Origin: a virus | Direction: 5' to 3' (one strand) | DNA length: 64,000 nucleotides | Virus record (IMG/VR): IMGVR_UViG_3300027736_000020 | Coordinates: 32,001 to 96,000 of that record | Shown: piece by piece, positions 38,818 to 47,499 of the stretch | Numbering within the stretch: position 1 is the first letter of the stretch | Layout: every line of letters starts with the position of its first letter | Notes under the pieces: model-generated | What the model was told of the DNA's origin: nothing | Database searches by the model: none | What the model saw: only the letters and a program-made list of their open reading frames with translations | Made by a program: the position numbers and the translations under genes

Positions 38818-41589
38818 TTACGCCTTAACGAGTAGTCTTGCGGTAACTTCACCTTCAGTGCTGTGCATGCTGTAGATATTTTTTATGAGATGAATGGCAG
38901 TATACGATGATCCGGTTACACACATTCTTGGGCCATTAGTAAACATTCCAAAAAGGCTATACTGCTCCAACCAAAACTGGGACATTCCGGCACTAAAACT
39001 TGTGTGTAAATGTAAACCTGAAGTTGAAGCGCCAGCCGTAGCATTATTTGGATCCGAAAAAATTACTCGTGTAAACTGCGTAATTCCTTCATATACTCCC
39101 TTGAAATAAAAACGTCCTTTTATAAATCCTTGAAACCAACTTTGACCACCGTAGTTACCAGTAGAATCCAAAATCGTACCTTGATTTATACTCAAGTCAA
39201 ATGTCACGTAAGATATCGTTAAAACAGCGGTGGGATTTGCTGAGGAACTTACACGAGAAATTATTCCAGATGGATAATAACTAGCAGTAGTTGAAGATTT
39301 AAAATAATATATTGAACTTGTGCATGAATCCATATACAAACCATGAACACCAGATTGATAGGCATTTCCTGGATAATACGCTCCATTAATTGCAGTTATA
39401 TTACTATATGAAGTATTGCTGTTGGTTGTATGAGGAATTGGTGTTCCCGTGGCAGAAGAAATTGTGTGCACATAACTTGCTGAATACGATGGTGGAGTAA
39501 CATTATAACCCAATTGCAACGCATATACATGACCAGAATAATTAGTCATCATACTTAATCCAGAATTACCTGCATCTCCTCTCTGAACTGATGAGGTAAA
39601 TGAGCTTATTTGAGTAAAAGAAGCAAGATCAATTATTGCAATCATTGGGTACACTAATGTATTGGATGACGTTACATAAAGATATTTATTGTCAATTACC
39701 GGCATCTGAGACACGCTTGTAATTGTCGATGTAATAGTAGAAGCAGCCAAAGTTTCTGTATCAATTTTTATAACAGTTTGACCGGTAATTGTTGTTGCAT
39801 AAATACTTCTTTCGCCATCAAAAAGCATTTCTCCCACACCAGTAGTGTTTGCATAAATTTGTGTCCACGTTGGTGCTATTGGACTAATAAACGCGGCTGG
39901 AGTAAAAAAGGTGTTTAAAACGGTCGGAGTAATCTGGGAAGAAACATTCAATCTCCAAATTCCTCCGTTTGCCCCGGAAGCAAAACACGATGCGTATATA
40001 TAGTCTCCAAGTAAAAAAGATCGATAAAATTTAGCAGGAATGTTGATTCTTATGTTATGTAGCCTGTTATTTTGCGCTTGATGCGTGGAAGTAAATCCAC
40101 TAAAAAATGGCGGAAATACAGATCCGCCATTCATTGGAAGAATTACTGTATCGCCAGCACTTCCCGTGCTGCTGGCCCATCCTCCGGAGTTGTCAAGGGT
40201 TGTCTGTGTAACTTCCAATGCTGATCCAATAGGTTTTGTTACTGAAACGTTATACATTCGACCGAACGGCATGTTCTTGCCAATGGCATCGACAGAGATT
40301 GGAGACACAAATGATCGCTCAACCGGGCGGAAACTTGTATCACTGGCTGCTCCCGCCCATGCGTACTGTGAATTATATGCGGATGCAAGATGCAACAGAT
40401 GTGGATCCGCTCCCGAGGTCATTGGCACGTATAGATTACTGTTGTTGGCACTAACAATAAAATTTCCACATTGTTGAGAAATATTTAGATTGTACGTTCC
40501 CGTTTGTCCTGTTCCCGATCCAAAGGAAACAATTCTCGTTCCCGGTACTACTCCGGGACCGCGAATCAAACTTCCAACCGTTATTGTTCCTGCGTTCATG
40601 GTTTGCACGGTAAGAACAGTTGATGGAACACTTTCATTGTTGATCGTACCAATATAGCCCAAAAACGATGCACTACCGTGTGTCAACGTACCACTTGGAT
40701 ACGAGGGAGGAAACGACCCCCTGTTGGTAACGGGAGCATATGCTCCCGCTGCAGCTGCGCCTGTCAATCCATCTTGTGTTCGAGGAAATGCAAACATGGT
40801 CTTGCTTGGCGAAACATGCTGGGCAATAGCCCCGTCGGAAAACTGCGTTCCAATTATTACCGAGTTTGTCCATGCCCAACACGGTGCAGCGTTCGCGACG
40901 GTATCTTCCGGCGCAGAACGCTCAAATTCAAAGACCCCAGTCCACAATCCGGGTTCTCCGAGGATGAATGGCCAAATCACGATATGTCTTGCAGTGGCAC
41001 TGACCCAGATATAGGAATCCTTGATATCGTAGTTCTGAACGAATGATCCGTTATTGTTCCACGCAAGATTGGTCGCCACGTGATTGGTTGCATCCCACGA
41101 CTCGCATGTTCCTGTCCAGAATGCCTGCTTGCGAATGTCATACCAGATAATGCAATACTTGTAGGTAGACGCATCCGCGTTGATTGCACGGTAGACACGC
41201 AGGAACATTGGGGATGCGTTACTGGATACCACGGACATGGCCGTCGCAGAACCCACGGTGGAGGACTGGCTCAGGGTATATGCGCCAGTCAACTGGCTTG
41301 TGGGAGCCACGGTAATGACCGAGTTGCTGGTCACTCCCGATCCGACAACGGTCTGTCCTACCGCAAGTGCTCCTGCGGATACTGCCGAGACAGTCATGGC
41401 AGTTCCGGAAATCGTGGCCGTAAATGAAATTGGGCTACCCGGAATCCAGTTATCCACCGAATCCCACAGCGTCCATCCAAGCCCCGTAATGGCCGTATTC
41501 ATTTTTGTCAGGATATTCGTATACGTAACCTCATTGCTGATGACTACCCGGACACTATTGGTGGTATACGGAATGTTTGTTACTGACAT
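38818..41589 (-). CDS. Large virion accessory protein (paralog B)
   Basis: 923 aa; shared motifs WTGVFEFER..PEDTV.N.APC.AWTNSV and FPRTQDG.TGAAAA..YAPVTNRG. Confidence 0.8.
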   Translation of the reverse strand: MSVTNIPYTTNSVRVVISNEVTYTNILTKMNTAITGLGWTLWDSVDNWIPGSPISFTATISGTAMTVSAVSAGALAVGQTVVGSGVTSNSVITVAPTSQLTGAYTLSQSSTVGSATAMSVVSSNASPMFLRVYRAINADASTYKYCIIWYDIRKQAFWTGTCESWDATNHVATNLAWNNNGSFVQNYDIKDSYIWVSATARHIVIWPFILGEPGLWTGVFEFERSAPEDTVANAAPCWAWTNSVIIGTQFSDGAIAQHVSPSKTMFAFPRTQDGLTGAAAAGAYAPVTNRGSFPPSYPSGTLTHGSASFLGYIGTINNESVPSTVLTVQTMNAGTITVGSLIRGPGVVPGTRIVSFGSGTGQTGTYNLNISQQCGNFIVSANNSNLYVPMTSGADPHLLHLASAYNSQYAWAGAASDTSFRPVERSFVSPISVDAIGKNMPFGRMYNVSVTKPIGSALEVTQTTLDNSGGWASSTGSAGDTVILPMNGGSVFPPFFSGFTSTHQAQNNRLHNIRINIPAKFYRSFLLGDYIYASCFASGANGGIWRLNVSSQITPTVLNTFFTPAAFISPIAPTWTQIYANTTGVGEMLFDGERSIYATTITGQTVIKIDTETLAASTITSTITSVSQMPVIDNKYLYVTSSNTLVYPMIAIIDLASFTQISSFTSSVQRGDAGNSGLSMMTNYSGHVYALQLGYNVTPPSYSASYVHTISSATGTPIPHTTNSNTSYSNITAINGAYYPGNAYQSGVHGLYMDSCTSSIYYFKSSTTASYYPSGIISRVSSSANPTAVLTISYVTFDLSINQGTILDSTGNYGGQSWFQGFIKGRFYFKGVYEGITQFTRVIFSDPNNATAGASTSGLHLHTSFSAGMSQFWLEQYSLFGMFTNGPRMCVTGSSYTAIHLIKNIYSMHSTEGEVTARLLVKA

Positions 41590-41592
41590 GCA

Positions 41593-42564
41593 TTACGTCC
41601 TTGTATACAAAAGAATGACTGCAGCATCGGCTGCGCCATTTGAAGCAGTTACGTCTATTGTAACATAGTCACTTGAAGTAAAGGCAACGTTGACTGCGGT
41701 GACACTTGAGGTATAGGAGCCTGCGGAAAGACTTGCAGTTGCTATTGTCGCGCCATTTTTTTCTACCGCAATTGAAAACGGTCCCGAAGTTGGCGCAGTA
41801 GAAGCATTGATATAGACACTCGTCACCGTGATTGATTGATCGGGATACCAACGCAATGTTCCGTTCTGTACACTAATCGGGCCGACAAAGTTGCATGTCT
41901 TTGTATACGTGGAACTTCCACCTCCACCACCGCTTGATCCGTTTGCCGCTCCGGTGATTCTTCCCTGCGCATCAATCGTGATATTTGCGCTTGTGTAATA
42001 TCCGGCAGTGACGGCAGTGTTTGCCAAGGCGATGGTTACTGCTGAAGAGCCATTGAAGCTTGTTCCCGACAGTCCTGTACCTATGGTGAGCGCGTTGGTG
42101 GTGGTGCCTCCACCGCCACTGCCGCTTGAGGCTGCAGTAATCCTTCCTTGTTGGTCTACGGTAATGCTTGCATTGGTGTATGATGCAGGAGTAACCGCAG
42201 TATTCGCCAATGCAATCGTGACTGCTGAAGAGCCATTGAAACTGCTGCCCGAAAGACCTGTTCCTATTGTAAGCGAATTTGTTGTCGTCCCTCCACCACC
42301 ACCAAAGGCAGTTTCCGCTCCAGATGCTCCATTCCTGTAATAGAATGATCCTGCGCGAGAATAAAAAATGGAAAGACCAGCTCCCGGTGCAGAAGGAGTT
42401 GATCCAAGATCACTTAACTTGAGAGAACCACTGGAAACGGTAACGTCTCCAGTGGCAACCATCAGTCCGCTTGTTACTTCCGTGGTTTGACCAATGGCCA
42501 ACCCACCAGTAATGACTTGGCTTCCAACAACATCCATGCTGTTGGAAGCTGTGAAACTAGGCAT
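41593..42564 (-). CDS. Short fibre-like protein with duplicated ~60-aa repeat
   Basis: Two copies of TN.LTIGTGLSG.SFNGSSAVTIALANTAVT...Y..A.IT.D.QGRIT.A. Confidence 0.8.
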   Translation of the reverse strand: MPSFTASNSMDVVGSQVITGGLAIGQTTEVTSGLMVATGDVTVSSGSLKLSDLGSTPSAPGAGLSIFYSRAGSFYYRNGASGAETAFGGGGGTTTNSLTIGTGLSGSSFNGSSAVTIALANTAVTPASYTNASITVDQQGRITAASSGSGGGGTTTNALTIGTGLSGTSFNGSSAVTIALANTAVTAGYYTSANITIDAQGRITGAANGSSGGGGGSSTYTKTCNFVGPISVQNGTLRWYPDQSITVTSVYINASTAPTSGPFSIAVEKNGATIATASLSAGSYTSSVTAVNVAFTSSDYVTIDVTASNGAADAAVILLYTRT

Positions 42565-45045
42565 TTAGTTTGATCCTGACTCCGTTGTCTCAACTGAGGC
42601 TGTCCAGTTGATTGTGGTAGATGTCAACCCGGTAACCTTCAGTTCAATAGCGTCATTTGCAGTGTCTGCGGCAATCGAAACGGAACATGTTGCCAATCCG
42701 GATTCTGCCGAAGCAAGAACCATTGGATCACCAACGAGGACAGTTCCTCCTGCACTCTTGTTCTTCCTGAATATTCCGACAATTTGCCAAGCTGCTCCAA
42801 TATTATTCGTGCAATCATAGGCAGATATCTTTACCGTGACCCACCATGTCGCTCCCTTGGTTGATTGAGGAAGCTTCACAATATTCGATGCTGTCGCTGA
42901 TCCACCATCTGTGGTCAACGTTGTCTGTGCGTTTCCTGTAGTCTGGACATAAAGCATGTAATATCCAAGACGATGATAATTGGCAGTTGCCGCTGGATAC
43001 GCGAGCGCACTTGTTTGCGATCCGGCCACAAAGGAAAGTCCTGATGCGTCAGTCAGCAATGTTCCACTCGTCGGCAATGTAACTGATGTTGTTCCACTGG
43101 AAACAAACGTGATGGAATTCGCTCCACTGGTGATAAGGGATCCTCCGTTCGCAATGTTGAGCGTTGCAGTTCCGCCTGTTGTAACGGTCAATCCATTGAT
43201 GGTTTTGTTGGTAAGGGATTCCGTACCAGCCACAGTAGCCAGTGTTCCAGACGTAGGCAATGTGACACTCGTCGCTGCGGTAGATGTCAATGTCGTGCTG
43301 TACGCACCAGCCGTTACCAGCGAACCTCCGCTGACAATGGTTAACGTTCCCGTGGTGCTCGTAACTGTCAATCCATTGACGGTTTTGTTGGTAAGGGATT
43401 CCGTACCAGCCAGAGTAGCCAGTGTTCCTGATGTCGGAAGCGTGACACTCGTCGCTGCGGTAGATGTCAATGTCGTGCTGTACGCACCAGCCGTTACCAG
43501 CGAACCTCCGTTGACAACGGTCAACGTTCCCGTGGTGCTTGTAACTGTCAATCCATTTATGCTTTTATTGGTAAGGGCTTGTGATCCTGTCAGTGTGGCA
43601 ACAGTGGAGTCAATCGCAAGGGTGTTTCCGGTCTTGGTTAGACCTGTTCCAGCAAGAATTGATCCTGCACCGGAAAACTGTGTGAACGACAAGCCTGTTG
43701 TTCCTACAGTAATCGTTCCATTGGTTGTCAGCACCCATCCTGTATCCGCAGAAACGGTTCCTTCTTCAACGAAAGCAAACGCACCCGGCGTCACTTCCTG
43801 ACTGCTGTCAAAATCCGTTGCGCGAGTCCATGCGCCTCCTGAAACAACAACGTAAATACCGTTGTCTGCAGTGACAGTTTGATCCTTGACAAGAACACGA
43901 TCTCCAGCAATAACGGCAACACCGTCAATGGTCATTGTTGAATTAAGAGAGGCAATGTTTGCTGTTGTCGTGACGCGGACGGAATCCTTGACATCCAATC
44001 CTACTTTTACGGCATCAACATAGGCTTGAGTGGCAAGTGTTCCACTTGTCGGCAAGGTAACACTTGTTGTTCCGGTGGATACAAAAGTGATTGAATTTCC
44101 GCCCGAAGTAACAATTGAGCTTCCACTTGCCAGAGTCAATGTTCCATTTGTAGAAGTGATAGTCAATCCATTGACGGTCTTGTTCGTGAGAGCTTCCGTC
44201 CCAGCCAAGGTAGCCAGTGTTCCCGATGTAGGAAGCGTGACACTTGTCGCTGCGGTAGAAGTCAATGTAATGCTGTTTGCACCAGCCGTTACCAAGGAAC
44301 TGCTATTTGCCAGTGTCAGTGTTCCCGTGGTACTCGTAACTGTCAATCCATTGATGGTCTTGTTCGTGAGGGATTCCGTGCCAGCCAGAGTAGCAAGCGT
44401 TCCCGATGTTGGAAGCGTGACACTCGTCGCTGCTGTGGATGTCAATGTCGTGCTGTACGCACCAGCCGTTATCAGCGAACCTCCGTTGACAACGGTCAAC
44501 GTTCCCGTGGTGCTCGTAACTGTCAATCCATTGATGGTCTTGTTCGTGAGGGATTCCGTGCCAGCAAGCGTCGCAAGCGTTCCTGATGTAGGCAGCGTGA
44601 CACTTGTCGTGTTGGTAGAGGTAAGAGTCAGTGCAAAATTTCCGGAAGTCGTGAATGCATTGGCAGTGCTAACATTTCCACCAACGGTGATTGTGTTCGA
44701 ACCGTTGTTGATTCCTGTACCACCATAGGTAGCACCAATGACCGTGCCATTCCATGTACCGGCACTGATTGTGCCTAGTGATACGGCCCCAGTGGTATAC
44801 AGGGCATAATTGTTTGTTGCGCCGGTTGGTGCAGCAAGCACCAATCCATATGCAGCAGCAGGACTGCCTGTTACTGCATATGTCTTTACGGTTGCAACGG
44901 CATGACCAGTTCCAGAGAGTGAAGTGCCCCCCTGTCCGTCACGCTTCAGGATCAGTCCATCTTTGTAAGACCCATCAACTGTTGCGTCCATGCCTTCAAG
45001 TGGCACGCTGAAAAGAGATTTATTTGTGCCAACAAATGTAACCAT
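42565..45045 (-). CDS. Fibre protein with 60-aa repeats flanking a globular domain
   Basis: Repeats [38 protein letters not shown]; central GLDVKDSVRV...GDRVLVKDQT...NGIY...WTRATD domain. Confidence 0.85.
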   Translation of the reverse strand: MVTFVGTNKSLFSVPLEGMDATVDGSYKDGLILKRDGQGGTSLSGTGHAVATVKTYAVTGSPAAAYGLVLAAPTGATNNYALYTTGAVSLGTISAGTWNGTVIGATYGGTGINNGSNTITVGGNVSTANAFTTSGNFALTLTSTNTTSVTLPTSGTLATLAGTESLTNKTINGLTVTSTTGTLTVVNGGSLITAGAYSTTLTSTAATSVTLPTSGTLATLAGTESLTNKTINGLTVTSTTGTLTLANSSSLVTAGANSITLTSTAATSVTLPTSGTLATLAGTEALTNKTVNGLTITSTNGTLTLASGSSIVTSGGNSITFVSTGTTSVTLPTSGTLATQAYVDAVKVGLDVKDSVRVTTTANIASLNSTMTIDGVAVIAGDRVLVKDQTVTADNGIYVVVSGGAWTRATDFDSSQEVTPGAFAFVEEGTVSADTGWVLTTNGTITVGTTGLSFTQFSGAGSILAGTGLTKTGNTLAIDSTVATLTGSQALTNKSINGLTVTSTTGTLTVVNGGSLVTAGAYSTTLTSTAATSVTLPTSGTLATLAGTESLTNKTVNGLTVTSTTGTLTIVSGGSLVTAGAYSTTLTSTAATSVTLPTSGTLATVAGTESLTNKTINGLTVTTGGTATLNIANGGSLITSGANSITFVSSGTTSVTLPTSGTLLTDASGLSFVAGSQTSALAYPAATANYHRLGYYMLYVQTTGNAQTTLTTDGGSATASNIVKLPQSTKGATWWVTVKISAYDCTNNIGAAWQIVGIFRKNKSAGGTVLVGDPMVLASAESGLATCSVSIAADTANDAIELKVTGLTSTTINWTASVETTESGSN
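43080..44620. repeat. ~180-bp imperfect tandem repeats in fibre gene
   Basis: 43201-43380 and 43381-43560 are near-identical 180-nt units; further units at about 44040-44620 lie on the other side of the central domain. Confidence 0.9.
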
Positions 45046-45085
45046 TTCTTTCTCCCATTATAGTGTTTGTTTTATTTTACCTTAG

Positions 45086-47494
45086 CTAGCTTATTTCTGT
45101 TGCCTCAATAATTGAAAGCCATTTTATTGCAGTGTTTGTCACACCAAGAACGGTGATGGATACTGCACCCAAGCTAGTGTTTGTGTCAACACTGACGTTT
45201 GCATTATCCAATGCAGTATCAGTCAGTTGTTCATACGTCAATGGACCAACAAAGGTGATTGTGCTTGGACCCAACGCGCGACGATAGATGCCTGAAATGA
45301 TAAATGCTCCAGCAGAAATACCTGCCGCATTTGCAATAATGGTCATTTTTACAAACCATGCAGTATTATTTGTCAAGATTGGCATGTTTGCAGAAGATGC
45401 GGTCAATCCATCCATGGTCATTGTGGCAATTTCATTTGAAGTGGTTGAAGTTTGAAGCATGTATGTGGTGAAATCGTACGAAGTTGATGCGGATACTGGA
45501 GGTACTGATTGGATGGGATAGGAGGAATATGCTGTAGAACTTGCATTATTGTATGCACCCTTTATGGTTACCACAGCTCCCCATGTTATTGATGTGGACG
45601 CAAGACCAATGACTGAAACGACCAATGATCCAAAAGCGGAATTTTCTATGTTGACATAGACTGCTGCACCTGCAAATGCGGAATCAACCGAAACAGTTGT
45701 GGCCATTGGAGTGCCAATGAATTGCGTCGAGGCAATGGTATTTCCTTTCTTGAGCAATCCATTGATTGTCCATCTGCCTCCGCTTGTTCCGGATTGCGCA
45801 TTTGCCACGACATCAACGACGAATGCCCAGACTTGATTGGAAGAAACCACTACATGATTTGTTCCAGACAAGACGCTTGTTGCATATGTTCCTCCGCTTG
45901 TCGTAAGATATGTCGTGTTTGTGTTGTCATTTGTTGTGGCAAAAAGAAGATAACTCTGGTCAGTTTGATTTGCGCGAATGATATTCTGAAGAGAAGTTCC
46001 ATTGATGTTCAATGTACCGGTAAGATTGATTGAAGAACCTGTAAGGTCCATTGTTCCGTCGGAATTCAAATTTATTGATGTTGAGGTATTTGATAATCCG
46101 GCATGAGTATGTGTTGCGGGTGTCCATGTACTTGGAGTGCCGTGTATATGATCCGCTCGCGCAAATGCCGTGGTTGATGATCCAGTGCCTGCTGTTGCAC
46201 CTATGGTGATATTTCCGGGTGTTGCAGACAAAGAAACAATATTCAATCCATGCGCATGATCTCCTCTGGCGACATTATTTGCTGTTCCTGCCACATTTGA
46301 TGTTGAGGAAACCGAAAGGATAGTTGATCCATACGTTACTGAACCAGCTGTGCTCAAGGCATCATGTGTATGGTCTCCATACGCCGCTGTTGTATGACTT
46401 GTACCAAGTTGCAAGTGTATGGTGGTATCAGCAATATGCGTGGAAAGATTTGTAGATACCGTATTGATGTTTGTTTGCAAGGAATTTGTTGCGGTAGTAA
46501 GATTTGCTGCAGTGTTTGTCTGCAATGTGTTAATGCTGGTATATATTGTGGCACTAGTGGAAAGAAGCTGGGCATATGTCGCCACTGTTGTGTCAAGTTT
46601 TGTAAGGGGAAGTGATCCATCTGCAATACTTGTTCCCGGAACAGTCAAGTTGACTGGCGGCGAAGTGGATCCAGACAATGATGGTAATGCTCCATTGTTG
46701 AAAACCGAAGAAATGGAATTGTTTATTTGTGATTGTGTGACATCAGAAAGGGAAACGCCATTAAAATATAGCGTTCCTGATGTGCGTATTCCATATGAAT
46801 CAAACACGGTCGTCTGGAATGCACTATCCTGATCATTTGATTTTGTCGTAACAGAAAACCCCTTGTTTCCCAGCGACAACGTATTCCCTTGTGAGGTGCC
46901 AAAAACTATTTTTCTTTCTCTGTCAAAGGGAATATTCCAAGGATTCGTGACATTGTAGGCATTCTTTGCTTCAAGATCATCGGGGATGTCGAGGCCATCA
47001 GCATCAGTGACGAGAAAATACGTCTTGTCTGGAAACACCATTTCGTATTTCCCAGTTGCGGTAAGTCGTTCGTAGACATTGCTGTAATGTCTATCTATCC
47101 GTGAGCCAGCTTCATTAAATGTTAATTCATTTAAACCCGGGGAAATGAATCCTACGCAAATTGGTATTGAAGAATTTCCTTCAACAAAACAAAGCATTGC
47201 GTATGCATCACGCGTTCCCGTGGGTTTTGCAAGCAAATTATCAGTTACCTGTTTGCTTGGATCAACAAGGGGAAGCCAATTTCTTCCTTCTTTTTGTGAA
47301 TAGACGGTGTTGAGGACAGGAACATTTTGCCATTGAATACCTTGCTGTGTGCCTTCTCCCACACAGTTTATTGTTGCCGTTTGCGTGTTTATGGAAACAA
47401 TTCTTGCAATGATGAAATTTGAGATAGGAGGTCTTGCAGTGATGTCAATATTTTGTATTGCAGATTGCCCATAATATGTTTCTAAAACAGACAT
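45086..47494 (-). CDS. Baseplate central spike (gp5/gpV-like) with long C-terminal extension
   Basis: Follows the hub gene; OB-fold-like N-terminus (IIARIVSINTQTATINC...QNVPVL); HxH motifs; two tandem C-terminal domains. Confidence 0.75.
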   Translation of the reverse strand: MSVLETYYGQSAIQNIDITARPPISNFIIARIVSINTQTATINCVGEGTQQGIQWQNVPVLNTVYSQKEGRNWLPLVDPSKQVTDNLLAKPTGTRDAYAMLCFVEGNSSIPICVGFISPGLNELTFNEAGSRIDRHYSNVYERLTATGKYEMVFPDKTYFLVTDADGLDIPDDLEAKNAYNVTNPWNIPFDRERKIVFGTSQGNTLSLGNKGFSVTTKSNDQDSAFQTTVFDSYGIRTSGTLYFNGVSLSDVTQSQINNSISSVFNNGALPSLSGSTSPPVNLTVPGTSIADGSLPLTKLDTTVATYAQLLSTSATIYTSINTLQTNTAANLTTATNSLQTNINTVSTNLSTHIADTTIHLQLGTSHTTAAYGDHTHDALSTAGSVTYGSTILSVSSTSNVAGTANNVARGDHAHGLNIVSLSATPGNITIGATAGTGSSTTAFARADHIHGTPSTWTPATHTHAGLSNTSTSINLNSDGTMDLTGSSINLTGTLNINGTSLQNIIRANQTDQSYLLFATTNDNTNTTYLTTSGGTYATSVLSGTNHVVVSSNQVWAFVVDVVANAQSGTSGGRWTINGLLKKGNTIASTQFIGTPMATTVSVDSAFAGAAVYVNIENSAFGSLVVSVIGLASTSITWGAVVTIKGAYNNASSTAYSSYPIQSVPPVSASTSYDFTTYMLQTSTTSNEIATMTMDGLTASSANMPILTNNTAWFVKMTIIANAAGISAGAFIISGIYRRALGPSTITFVGPLTYEQLTDTALDNANVSVDTNTSLGAVSITVLGVTNTAIKWLSIIEATEIS

Positions 47495-47499
47495 GTCAG

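Noticed and set aside
4473-44728. Long Val/Pro/Ala-rich plus-strand ORFs opposite fibre genes (e.g. 4473..5090, 23904..24473, 31519..32253, 32296..33042, 42980..43801, 44030..44728)
   Set aside because: Reverse complements of Thr/Gly/Ser codons rarely give stops; these mirror the repeats of the real minus-strand genes.
26029-45045. Diversity-generating retroelement (template/variable repeat pair)
   Set aside because: The repeats seen differ at mixed, mostly synonymous positions rather than only at adenines, and no reverse transcriptase is in the window.
45057-45062. TATAAT before the 826-aa fibre gene
   Set aside because: Only 12 nt from the start codon; the transcription start would fall within the SD sequence.
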